DNA of 64,000 nucleotides from a virus, in IMG/VR virus record IMGVR_UViG_3300032334_000488, positions 23,212-87,211 of that record. One strand, written 5' to 3'. Below, piece by piece: positions 1-8,560 of the stretch (positions are counted from its first letter, which is position 1; the number at the start of each line of letters is the position of its first letter). The translations under genes were made by a program, and so were the position numbers. The notes below the pieces were generated by a model. The model was not told the origin of the DNA. It did not search any database and saw only the letters and a list, made by a program, of their open reading frames with translations.

Positions 1-207
1 GGTAAGGCTACTGTTGCTCATAGAGTTATCTACTCCCTTGTTAAAGGGGAGATTCTTCAAGGACAAGTTATCGATCATCTTTGTAATGTAAAACTTTGTG
101 TTAATCCAGATCATCTTGAAGCAGTTTCCTATTCAACTAACACCCAAAGGGCTTGGGATCGTCAACATTGCTCTACCTGTACTTGTATTAACTTAACTCC
201 TTCTTAA
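1..207 (+). CDS. HNH endonuclease, 3' part (truncated by window edge)
   Basis: Frame 1 reads ...AHRVIYSLVKGEILQGQVIDHLCNVKLCVNPDHLEAVSYSTN..., the DHLC..CVNP.HL..V...N motif of HNH_3 nucleases. Stop TAA at 205-207. Confidence 0.8.
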   Translation, partial: GKATVAHRVIYSLVKGEILQGQVIDHLCNVKLCVNPDHLEAVSYSTNTQRAWDRQHCSTCTCINLTPS

Positions 208-406
208 TAGCCTGAATAGTTGGACAGGGATACAAATCTTGGCAAGCCCAGCAAGTTTCATCAGGTAAAGCGTGAATGATTGGCTTATGTAATTCCACTA
301 CTGCACGAAGGGCATTGGTGTTTGCAAGTAATTTTTCAAATAAATGTTCGTGCTTCAAGCCGTTGGTTGAATCATCTATGTAGGCAATTAACTCATCGTG
401 TGTCAT
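188..406 (-). CDS. hypothetical phage protein (C-terminal CxxC..YPCPT motif)
   Basis: 72-aa ORF with upstream AAGGAG RBS. LRAVVELHKP...CWACQDLYPCPT resembles small actinophage proteins. Confidence 0.65.
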   Translation of the reverse strand: MTHDELIAYIDDSTNGLKHEHLFEKLLANTNALRAVVELHKPIIHALPDETCWACQDLYPCPTIQAIKKELS

Positions 407-442
407 TATTACTCTCCTTTTGGTAGGGCTTTTGCTATTGCT

Positions 443-910
443 TTAGCAATCGCACTCTTCTCCTGACTGCAGAATGCCTTCACCTTGGCACTTATAACAT
501 GCTTCTGGTATGGCTTTGCAATCAGGCTCATGGTTTTTAATTATCTCGTTTACATACCCTGCCGTTGAAATCTTCTCTGCATCTGTTTGGTGAAGCCAAT
601 CCCAGATGTGCTGGTCTATTCTCAGATTGCATTGAGGACAGGGCAACACAATGTTCTTCTTCTCTTCACTGCCGCTAATGTAGGTGCTGATTCTCCAGCC
701 CAACTGAACTAACTTTCGCCAAAAGAGTCCTTCTACTTCAGTATCAGTAAGAGGCTTCTGTCTCCAAGGCTTATCGGTAAAGGGCAGTTCATCTTGAACC
801 CACTGCTTGTCCTTTTGGTATGGCTTTGGAAACTGCTCTTGCTTCTGGTATGGCTTTGCTTTCTTTGGCTGGTCTGACTGCCAGTCGTGAATACTTCTGC
901 CTTCCGCCAT
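443..910 (-). CDS. hypothetical protein with Cys motifs
   Basis: 155-aa ORF with GGGGAG RBS and CPQC / CYKCQGEG motifs. Confidence 0.6.
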   Translation of the reverse strand: MAEGRSIHDWQSDQPKKAKPYQKQEQFPKPYQKDKQWVQDELPFTDKPWRQKPLTDTEVEGLFWRKLVQLGWRISTYISGSEEKKNIVLPCPQCNLRIDQHIWDWLHQTDAEKISTAGYVNEIIKNHEPDCKAIPEACYKCQGEGILQSGEECDC

Positions 911-967
911 CTTGCTCCCCTAACTAACTAACTTCACCTGGCTGCCAGGTAGAGTTACTTCGAAGAT

Positions 968-991
968 AGCCCCGCCATTTCTGACGGGGCT
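968..991. terminator. hairpin, probable intrinsic terminator
   Basis: AGCCCCG(C/T)CA-type inverted repeat between the 1003 and 910 genes. Confidence 0.45.
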
Positions 992-1002
992 TCTCCTATT
1001 GC

Positions 1003-1587
1003 TTATGCTGTTCTTCCTAGTGCTTTCGCTTTCGCTTTTGCTAGGGCTTTTGCATGTGCTTCAGGGAATTGCTTCAGCCACTTCTTAACCACTGGGTTGC
1101 TGATGCCCTTCCATGATCTCCAGTCTTTGCCTTTTGCGCTCATGAAGTAAGCGATCTTGGCGTTCACCACAGGATTCAACAGTTGAGCGTTGTACTCTAA
1201 ATTGAACTTTTCCCTGCGATCTTGTCCCAATGAGTTAATCATGTTGACTTGGAACAACCCAAATGAGTTATCCCCTGTCTTACGATTGCCGTTATGGGAG
1301 AGAGGGTTTCCATGTGATTCTTTCATAGCGATTGCCCACGCATAGCGTAAGGCTTTGCCTTGAAACCCAACTGCGTGCAACAGGTCAACCAACTCAGTCT
1401 TAGTGAGGTGGTCGGCGTTATTGAACGGGGCTAGGGCTCGCTCTTGGTATTGCTTCTGCAAGACTTGCGCTTCGGCTCTTGAAGGTGAGAAGGCTGGTGG
1501 CATTACCACTAACCCACTACCAACAAACATCGCCGTAAATAGCGATCCGAATACGATCTTGCCTCTTCTTGTTAGATTCATCATCAC
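1003..1587 (-). CDS. lysozyme-like / lytic transglycosylase with N-terminal signal or TM segment
   Basis: AWAIAMKES (catalytic Glu)...GDNSFGLFQVNM...LLNPVVNAKIAY...W..W SLT motifs. Hydrophobic N-terminus. Confidence 0.8.
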   Translation of the reverse strand: MMMNLTRRGKIVFGSLFTAMFVGSGLVVMPPAFSPSRAEAQVLQKQYQERALAPFNNADHLTKTELVDLLHAVGFQGKALRYAWAIAMKESHGNPLSHNGNRKTGDNSFGLFQVNMINSLGQDRREKFNLEYNAQLLNPVVNAKIAYFMSAKGKDWRSWKGISNPVVKKWLKQFPEAHAKALAKAKAKALGRTA

Positions 1588-2846
1588 TCCAAAAAGTCAT
1601 TGACACTTTCTGATGCCTTTGACTGGTTGTGACGAAGGCGATGTAGGTATCGCTCTGTCGTCTTTATCGACTGATGCCCTAAGCGTTCCTTGACCTCATG
1701 CACATCTACCCCGCTTTTTAGAAGTTGGGTAGCGTTAGCGTGTCTGAGGTCATGGGTTCTAGGACTCCAGCCGATGCCTGACTTGGCTATTGCCTTGTTC
1801 CATGTAGTTCTCCATACATCTCGTGGTAGGTGGCTCGTATGGTCGATGAACCTCTGTTGCTTTTGGTATGGCTTTGTCTTTTGCCTGTGCTTTCGCACCG
1901 ACTCTCGACAAGCCTCGCATCGGCAACGCCCATGTGTATAGGCGTACAGAGTTCCATGCTGGAACAGTTTTCCGTCTTTGGCGAATGGTCGCCTAGACAT
2001 TTCTCCACGAGAAGTCTCTAGTTTACCTGTTGTTAAGATGATCGTTCTTGGGAACAACAGGTCATCTTTTGATAGGGCTTTTGCTATGACATAGCCCTGA
2101 ATCTCTTGTAGTAGGGCTTTGCTTAACATAAGGCTTCGCTTATGACCCGACTTTGTGGCTTCTACGACTAGAAACCTACTGGTATGGCTTGCCCCTAGAT
2201 CGCTGACTCGCCTTTGGACATAGACCTCGCCTGTCTTTAGGTTGATGTCTTTGACCCTGAGTTCTGTGGCTTCTCCGAATCGGCAACCTGATGCGACTAG
2301 GAATCGGGCGAATAACTGCGCCCCCTCAGTCGGTAGGTGCTGGATAATCGCCTTAAACTCTTCGGGCTCAACAACATTGGCGATGTCAGAATGCTTCGCC
2401 TTAATACGAATCCCATGTGTAGGGTTCTGAGTTAATTCTCCTGTATCGACTAACTGGGAGAGGGCAGACCCTAGCGATGCCTTGATCTGATTGAGGGTGG
2501 CTGAACCTATCCCCTGACCCCTGAGGGCTTGAAGTAACTCTTGAATCGCCCGTCTATCGATCGAAGTTACTTTGCGATCTCCGAGGGCTGGCAGGACATA
2601 GCGATCAAGGACTGACCGATAGCCCTTGCGAGTGATCGGCATGAGATCGGCGGTCGGAAGCCATGAATCGATGTAGGTCGATAGGGTAAATACAGCCCTA
2701 GAAGGCTCGCTAACGCCCGATACCTCTGCTTTTGAGGCGTGATACATAGCATCGATCTTCGTGTCCCATGTACCTGCTGAGAGGCGTTTTCCGCCCTTTC
2801 GGTAATAGCCTGTAAACCTATCCCCACGCTTTACGACATAAGCCAT
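1584..2846 (-). CDS. tyrosine recombinase/integrase with internal Cys/His insertion
   Basis: Catalytic R (GCRFGE), K (TKSG), HxxR (HDLRH), LGH and Y (ERYLH). SAM-like core-binding region present. Confidence 0.9.
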   Translation of the reverse strand: MAYVVKRGDRFTGYYRKGGKRLSAGTWDTKIDAMYHASKAEVSGVSEPSRAVFTLSTYIDSWLPTADLMPITRKGYRSVLDRYVLPALGDRKVTSIDRRAIQELLQALRGQGIGSATLNQIKASLGSALSQLVDTGELTQNPTHGIRIKAKHSDIANVVEPEEFKAIIQHLPTEGAQLFARFLVASGCRFGEATELRVKDINLKTGEVYVQRRVSDLGASHTSRFLVVEATKSGHKRSLMLSKALLQEIQGYVIAKALSKDDLLFPRTIILTTGKLETSRGEMSRRPFAKDGKLFQHGTLYAYTHGRCRCEACRESVRKHRQKTKPYQKQQRFIDHTSHLPRDVWRTTWNKAIAKSGIGWSPRTHDLRHANATQLLKSGVDVHEVKERLGHQSIKTTERYLHRLRHNQSKASESVNDFLE

Positions 2847-2860
2847 GATTCCCCCCTTCC

Positions 2861-2892
2861 ATGTTACTGGTGAGTAATGTTACTGGTGAGTA
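2861..2892. promoter_or_regulatory. tandem 16-bp repeat with internal palindrome upstream of integrase
   Basis: ATGTTACTGGTGAGTA occurs twice head to tail. Each unit forms TTACT-ggtg-AGTAA. Lies 15 bp from the start codon. Confidence 0.55.
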
Positions 2893-2903
2893 ACTTCGAA
2901 TGC

Positions 2904-2939
2904 AAAAAATAGCCCCTAGCCCGATTAGGGGCTAGGGGC
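2904..2939 (-). terminator. intrinsic terminator (minus strand)
   Basis: GCCCCTAGCCC/GGGCTAGGGGC stem with an A-run on the + strand, i.e. a U-tract on the minus strand. Confidence 0.7.
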
Positions 2940-3021
2940 GATAGTGACTGTGGGCTTAGGGAATCTGCTTATGTGCGCTTGAAGTAACTTCTACCAGCCC
3001 CAGATCAGGGCTGAAAGTTAG

Positions 3022-3252
3022 TTAGGGATAAAGAATCTCTTCCCAATCCGAATCTTCAAGATCAAGTAACTCGGTAGGCAGAACCTTCCAGCGATCATCG
3101 ATCGCAATAAAGTCCTCATTGATAAACCAATCAACATCAACGCCCCACTCACCAATAAATAATTTAGCGGTGTAGGTGTTTCCATTCATTGGAAACTCAA
3201 TCAAGTGTTCTGATGCGGTGTTTGCGCTACTAACAATTACATGAGCGACCAT
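3022..3252 (-). CDS. hypothetical acidic protein
   Basis: 76-aa ORF in the minus-strand operon. Confidence 0.55.
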   Translation of the reverse strand: MVAHVIVSSANTASEHLIEFPMNGNTYTAKLFIGEWGVDVDWFINEDFIAIDDRWKVLPTELLDLEDSDWEEILYP

Positions 3253-3256
3253 TTAT

Positions 3257-3448
3257 TTATTTCTCCATTTCTATTTGTGTTGTTCGATAAGAGTTCCACT
3301 CATCGATTGTTTCTTGCTTCCATAGTGGTCGATTGCCGATCATGTGATCGGGGTCGGGAAGGGTGTTTCGCTTTCGATAGGTGTAGATCGTGTCGATCTT
3401 TAGCCCTGTTTGTTGCGCGATGTCGGTAGTAGTGAGCCAGTCCTTCAA
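3257..3448 (-). CDS. AlpA/excisionase-like HTH protein
   Basis: WLTTTDIAQQTGLKIDTIYTYRKRNTLPDPD..IGNRPLWKQETIDEW is a typical AlpA/Xis winged HTH. Confidence 0.75.
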   Translation of the reverse strand: MKDWLTTTDIAQQTGLKIDTIYTYRKRNTLPDPDHMIGNRPLWKQETIDEWNSYRTTQIEMEK

Positions 3449-3930
3449 TTCGATGCACCAGTTTTCTGTTTAGTTTCATTAGGTTTTTTTCCAATCGTAA
3501 ACATTTTGAAATCGCCAAGCATTCGATCGAACCATAAATAAGGAAGATCGTTTTCAACATTGAAGTTGTAGTAATCAGCATCTTTGCGATTTAAGTTGCT
3601 CTGATGAGATTGATGAAATGACGAATCACCTAACCACACAGGCACTTCGCATTCAGGTAGTAACGAATGAACGGCAACGAATCGATCGAGCATGGTGTCT
3701 TTGTAACCACGATCAATCCACTCTTTGCAGATTGCGATTCCGTATTCACACAGAAGTCGTTCATGTCCACGCCACATCTTTGTAGCAGGGTGATTAGTCC
3801 AGCCCTTAGTCTCACCACGCAACGCTTGAAGTATTTGCCACGCCTCTACTCGTTGCTTGCCTAATCGTTTGTAATCGAGTGCTTTAGCAGTCTCTACGAA
3901 GTCAGGGAAAGGTAAGAATGTATTAACCAT
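3445..3930 (-). CDS. MSMEG_6728-like / pyrimidine-dimer glycosylase (endonuclease V) family protein
   Basis: TFLPFPDF...LDYKRLGKQRVEAWQIL...HPATKMWRG...HQSHQSNL.RKD..YY motifs. Confidence 0.8.
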   Translation of the reverse strand: MVNTFLPFPDFVETAKALDYKRLGKQRVEAWQILQALRGETKGWTNHPATKMWRGHERLLCEYGIAICKEWIDRGYKDTMLDRFVAVHSLLPECEVPVWLGDSSFHQSHQSNLNRKDADYYNFNVENDLPYLWFDRMLGDFKMFTIGKKPNETKQKTGASN

Positions 3931-4102
3931 TTGTAACCTCATCTAGTGTGTGCTTGATGAAATCATCGATTACTTCCCACATAGTGTCATTGGTAGTAAG
4001 CCATTCTCTGATCTTTGCCCACTCATCGTCAGTAAGTACTCTCCCTACTAGTTGAGTTGCTTCTTCACGAGTAAATAGCACGATGTCATTTGGATTAAGC
4101 AT
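3923..4102 (-). CDS. hypothetical protein
   Basis: Short ORF coupled to its neighbours. Confidence 0.5.
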   Translation of the reverse strand: MLNPNDIVLFTREEATQLVGRVLTDDEWAKIREWLTTNDTMWEVIDDFIKHTLDEVTNG

Positions 4103-4380
4103 TAGTTGTCCCTTCATAGTCCCAGTTTGATTTAACCCAGTTAAGTGCAGATAACCAATTAGTTAGATTTTCTTTGCCGAGATAAGGAAACTCATTGGCT
4201 TTTAGTTCATGTTCGATGAACGCAATTTCGTAATTGATGTCCTCAATAGTTTTCATTACTGATCTCCATTCATGTCGTTATCGTGATCGATGATGATTAC
4301 CTCTATGTCACTAGGGCAACGAGTTACTTCTGCAACGCCACCATTGACCTCTATTACTACCTGATTTTTTGCATACATAA

Positions 4381-4797
4381 CTACAACGCCCTTTCTTGAA
4401 TGTGTTGTGCATGAAGATCACACAAGATACTTCCTTTATCGTCACCTCTTGCATACCCTTCATACTTACAGATTTCGCAAGTGTGAACAGAACAACGATA
4501 CTTTCCGTCAGTACCGATCTTTAATTCTTCGGGAGTATCCCAACCACAAAAATCGCACTCCAATCGTTTGCCGTCTAGTTTTTGATTCTCTAGCAAGCGT
4601 TCAAGTCGTGCAATCTTTCTTTCTAATTCAAGATTAGTAAGAGTAGTTCCATGTTCTTTGGGAGGTTTAATTCCTAACTTCTCACACTCTTCTACAAGTG
4701 TTTCTCGATACTCCTGTGCATAACGCAGAGATAGTCGTTGCTTTGCACGAGAGACTGCTTTGTTACGAAGTTTTTTATCTTGTTCGTTTAGTTCCAT
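4381..4797 (-). CDS. hypothetical protein, coiled coil plus Cys-rich C-terminus
   Basis: 138-aa ORF, TAATG-coupled to whiB. Confidence 0.6.
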   Translation of the reverse strand: MELNEQDKKLRNKAVSRAKQRLSLRYAQEYRETLVEECEKLGIKPPKEHGTTLTNLELERKIARLERLLENQKLDGKRLECDFCGWDTPEELKIGTDGKYRCSVHTCEICKYEGYARGDDKGSILCDLHAQHIQERAL

Positions 4798-5072
4798 TAG
4801 TATTCTCCAATCACAGACACATACTGACGATACTTTCGATTCTCTCTACGGCGTAGCAACGCTCTCTCGTGATCTGTTAGACCACCGAAGATGCCGTACT
4901 GAACACCATTCTCTAGTGCGAATGTCAGACACTTATTCTTTGTGACCGCATCGCATTGACCACAGATTGATTTCGCTTCTCGAATCTTTTCATGCTCTGT
5001 TGGGTCAGGAAAAAAGATTTCAGGGTCGATACCTTTTGTCTGACATGGTGCATTGATAATCTCAATTTTCAT
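4797..5072 (-). CDS. whiB: WhiB family Fe-S transcription regulator
   Basis: Four Cys (C, CxxC, C), FFP, and GIFGGLT..ER turn with a basic tail. Confidence 0.9.
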   Translation of the reverse strand: MKIEIINAPCQTKGIDPEIFFPDPTEHEKIREAKSICGQCDAVTKNKCLTFALENGVQYGIFGGLTDHERALLRRRENRKYRQYVSVIGEY

Positions 5073-5403
5073 CTGTACTCCGATCTTTGTACTGCTCAGG
5101 ATTTGCGATCACATAATTAACGAACGAGTCCATGACATTTGTTAAGTCCTCAGGTTCTAACTCTGCATACTTCAAAAGAATCTCGATCATGTGCAGGAAT
5201 CCCCAAATAAGCATTTCGGGTTCGATCTCTTTATCTTCCATAACAGAGTTCAAGTGTTCATTGGCTAGATACTCTTTTACCTCTTGCGGAAGGCTATCTT
5301 TGCGATCAGAATCTACTTTGAATCCACGAACGATCTTTAGAAACTCGTTAGCGATCGTGATCGATTTAATTAAATCAGTTTGGTGTGATGATAGTTCAGC
5401 CAT
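5062..5403 (-). CDS. hypothetical protein
   Basis: 113-aa ORF with AGGAG RBS. Confidence 0.6.
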   Translation of the reverse strand: MAELSSHQTDLIKSITIANEFLKIVRGFKVDSDRKDSLPQEVKEYLANEHLNSVMEDKEIEPEMLIWGFLHMIEILLKYAELEPEDLTNVMDSFVNYVIANPEQYKDRSTDEN

Positions 5404-5629
5404 TTAATTTCTCCTTTAATTGATTGAGGTGTTCCATGTCTTTTTCGTACCCTTTAATCATGTGACTTTCTACTTTACGAATGATCTCTCGTGACACTCC
5501 GTAACGACCTGCAACGCTTGCTAACGATTCACCATTTATTCGTGATGAAAGAATGTCGTAGAGTTCGCCTAAAGTAAATGGGTGTATTTTTGATTTGATT
5601 TTGTTGAAGTTTTTATTGTTTGAAAGCAT
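5396..5629 (-). CDS. sigma-region-4-like HTH DNA-binding protein
   Basis: GESLASVAGRYGVSREIIRKVE. Confidence 0.65.
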   Translation of the reverse strand: MLSNNKNFNKIKSKIHPFTLGELYDILSSRINGESLASVAGRYGVSREIIRKVESHMIKGYEKDMEHLNQLKEKLNG

Positions 5630-5653
5630 TTGTAATCCTCTCTAGGTTATGGA

Positions 5654-5772
5654 ATCGAGTAGGGGCAGGTACGACTACGCCGTAACTATCGAATGCGATC
5701 ATGATCGCCCTTAGCAGGTAAGGAAGGGGAAATGATTAACCCCTATGAACCCTGCGTTGACCCCTACTCGAT
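5654..5772. ncRNA. candidate structured RNA / cis-element (multi-branch)
   Basis: Perfect 12-bp closing stem ATCGAGTAGGGG/CCCCTACTCGAT enclosing four short hairpins. Intergenic. Confidence 0.45.
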
Positions 5773-5946
5773 AAAGTTATTTTCTTATTACTTTCTGAAC
5801 ACAGTTAAAGCAGAACCACAACACATTCTGACCGCTTGAATCAGTTATGTATTTACCTGATGAAGTAACTTCATCATTGTTGCAATCATCGCAATTAGTT
5901 AGTTCGTGAGGTTGTACTTCACGAATGATCTGTGCGTATCCCATTG

Positions 5947-6132
5947 TTACACCTCTTCAATCTTCCCAGTTTGTTTGTACAACGCTTGTGCGAGTCTTGT
6001 TCCTTTTCTAACTCTTGGAGTTGCAGTTGACTTTACATCGCACCATACGAATCCCTCTTGGTGTCTAGTGATCTGACCAAGTATCTCGAACCATTGTTCA
6101 TCGACCTCAGCAGTTATTGTGTATTTAGCCAT
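5947..6132 (-). CDS. hypothetical protein
   Basis: 61-aa ORF with GGGGAG RBS. Confidence 0.5.
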   Translation of the reverse strand: MAKYTITAEVDEQWFEILGQITRHQEGFVWCDVKSTATPRVRKGTRLAQALYKQTGKIEEV

Positions 6133-6268
6133 GAGTTATCTCCCCTGCAAACAAGGTTCACAGATTAAGTATCCTTCTTTTGCATACATTTCATTGACAT
6201 CGTGCTGATCTCCACACTCGAAACAATCTCGAATGTGACGATACTTTTTGTCTAACAGTTTTGATTGT

Positions 6269-6502
6269 CTAAGAGTTATTGGCATCTAAATCTCCTTCAT
6301 CTAGCATTTTTGCATTCTGCCAAACAGTATCGTTGACATGACCCACACAGACATCGAGTGCATCATCACAGATGTTAATAGCATCGTCTGACAGTTCCTC
6401 GAAGTCTCTCGAATCCCACCAAGTAACTACGAGTGTCTCATCGAGTGCATTCCCATAGTTGCGTTGCAGAATCTCGATCGTCTCTTTTACAGTTGCGATC
6501 AT
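6269..6502 (-). CDS. hypothetical protein
   Basis: 77-aa ORF with AGGAG RBS. Confidence 0.55.
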   Translation of the reverse strand: MIATVKETIEILQRNYGNALDETLVVTWWDSRDFEELSDDAINICDDALDVCVGHVNDTVWQNAKMLDEGDLDANNS

Positions 6503-6669
6503 TTATTTTCTCCTGTCACTTCATCGATCATCTTTGTACATGAGCCATAGCCCAACCAGTTGCCACCCTCGCCTACATAGCAGACATCACGAGTTGCATA
6601 AGTAAATAACGACAACACAATAAGTGCAGGAATGATTACCAGCACAATCCAACCTCTACGAGTTAACAA

Positions 6670-7146
6670 TTAAGCATCTCCATTCTGTTTAGCCATTCGG
6701 TATTTCCATGAGTTACTAGCGATGTGAGTACGGATTCTGTGACACTTACCGCAACGAACATCGCACTTTGCGATTTCGTTTTCTAGTTTCTTGATTGTCA
6801 TGCCAGTCAGCATGAATGCGTGAGCGATGTTGTAACGCTTCTTTGCGCCTCGTACATGGTCGAAGTCGAGTGCCAGTACATCTCTCTCGCCACAGTCAAC
6901 GCATGGATTAGATTTCAAGTGATTGTAAATCCATTCCTTGATCTCTTTTCTTCGCTTCAAGTGCCACTCGACTTTGTAAGAATCTTCACAAGGTATGCAG
7001 TATGAAGTAACTCCCGACTTAGTTTTTGCAGATCGAAACTCACTTAAGTACTTTAATGAGTCACACCGCTTGCACTCCTTGATTCCGATAGCAAGAAAGT
7101 TTTCTCGCTCAATAGTCTTTGCAGACTTTCGGTTTCTAGTTGTCAC
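6670..7146 (-). CDS. HNH-family endonuclease
   Basis: CVDCGERD..ALDFDHV...IAKCDVRCGKCHRIRT plus an N-terminal Zn ribbon. Confidence 0.75.
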   Translation of the reverse strand: MTTRNRKSAKTIERENFLAIGIKECKRCDSLKYLSEFRSAKTKSGVTSYCIPCEDSYKVEWHLKRRKEIKEWIYNHLKSNPCVDCGERDVLALDFDHVRGAKKRYNIAHAFMLTGMTIKKLENEIAKCDVRCGKCHRIRTHIASNSWKYRMAKQNGDA

Positions 7147-7847
7147 GCAATCTCCTTCTTGTATAAGCGACTAAGTGGAAGTGTTTTGTATTTCAGATCG
7201 TGATGATTAGAAGGTGTCACATAAGCGACAATAAATCGTGACCCAGTTGTGTCAACGATTACGCCTTTACGCAAGCGACCATGACCCTGAATGAATACCT
7301 GATCGTTGATTACGGCGTTGTATGGAACGAAGTCACTCATGTTTGATGCGTAAGTCATTCGCTCAGTAGAGATCGAGATTAGTTGATCTTGAATCGCAAC
7401 GATCTTTGCTTCAAGATCGATTCGCTTCTTTGCGAGTTTGATTGTTTTCTCGATCTTGTCTGATGTGTGACTGCCACAGATAATTGCGTGTTCACTATTC
7501 CAGTTCAACGGCTTATCTGTGTGTTGTCCGTCAATACGCCAAGCCCATGCAAGAAAGATCGTATTGAATTGCAGATCACCACGAGATTTAATCTCTGATG
7601 CAGGTGCAGAATTAGGAAATGTGTTTCCGTTTACATCGAAGATGTCACACCACACATGATGAATGCCTTGCACAATGATTGAATGACCTTTGTACTCGAT
7701 CTCTTGATAGGTATTAGGTAATTGCTTTAGTTCAATCACATGATCGAATCTCTTGTTACGCAACCATGTTGAGTAGTGCGTACTACCTTGATAGTTCTTG
7801 TAGTACTTATCTTGAATCTCTACGAATCGATCTAGGAAGTAACTCAT
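7143..7847 (-). CDS. hypothetical protein
   Basis: 234-aa ORF, translationally coupled. Confidence 0.65.
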   Translation of the reverse strand: MSYFLDRFVEIQDKYYKNYQGSTHYSTWLRNKRFDHVIELKQLPNTYQEIEYKGHSIIVQGIHHVWCDIFDVNGNTFPNSAPASEIKSRGDLQFNTIFLAWAWRIDGQHTDKPLNWNSEHAIICGSHTSDKIEKTIKLAKKRIDLEAKIVAIQDQLISISTERMTYASNMSDFVPYNAVINDQVFIQGHGRLRKGVIVDTTGSRFIVAYVTPSNHHDLKYKTLPLSRLYKKEIA

Positions 7848-8465
7848 TTATGCCACCATGTCCTGTGCTTCGAGAACCTTCTCGATTAGTGATTGAAGAG
7901 TGCGTACATCGATGTAGCAACCACCACTTAATTTGATTTCGCCATTCTCTTGACGGCGATTGCGAATCTCGAAATCAAGTTTGTCTGCACGACTACCGAT
8001 GATTGATCGAAGAGATTCTTTTACTGCATCAATAGATCGTTGAGCGTTTGCTTGTTCGATCTTCTCTAGTTGTTCCTTCGCTTCGCGCTCTGCCTTCCAT
8101 TGAGCCTCACGAGCCTTCTCTTCGGCTTCTTCTTTAGTCCAGCGAGTTTCAAGAGTTGCGTAGTCAGCAACGATGTCCTGCGCTCTTGCAATCCAGTAGA
8201 TGTCACCCTGTGTAGTTCCAGCCCAATCAGAAGATTTGACTAGATAACCGACTGAACGACTTCCCTTAGGTGCAGAAGTAAATTGTGCATCAGAAGGATT
8301 ATCTGATCGATACACCTTGTATTCGTATTTTTCTAGTGACACTAACTCTGCGTTAGCAACGGCTCTGCGTTGTACACGATCAGGATTCTTTTTATCTTGT
8401 GATGAATAATCCCATGAAGGAATAACGCCGTACTTAATACCAATTTGTAGTTCTGCTGATTTCAT
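7848..8465 (-). CDS. hypothetical protein (coiled coil)
   Basis: 205-aa ORF with AAGGAG RBS. Confidence 0.65.
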   Translation of the reverse strand: MKSAELQIGIKYGVIPSWDYSSQDKKNPDRVQRRAVANAELVSLEKYEYKVYRSDNPSDAQFTSAPKGSRSVGYLVKSSDWAGTTQGDIYWIARAQDIVADYATLETRWTKEEAEEKAREAQWKAEREAKEQLEKIEQANAQRSIDAVKESLRSIIGSRADKLDFEIRNRRQENGEIKLSGGCYIDVRTLQSLIEKVLEAQDMVA

Positions 8466-8560
8466 TTATTAGTTTCTCCTTAGTTGTAATTGTTTAAGTG
8501 GTGTGGTGCGCCAGCCTTCCACGAATAACGCACCACACCGAGTCACCTAGAGAGTGACAG

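Noticed and set aside
1584-3448. Integrated prophage with a host junction
   Set aside because: No host genes or att duplication are visible, and phage genes continue on both sides.
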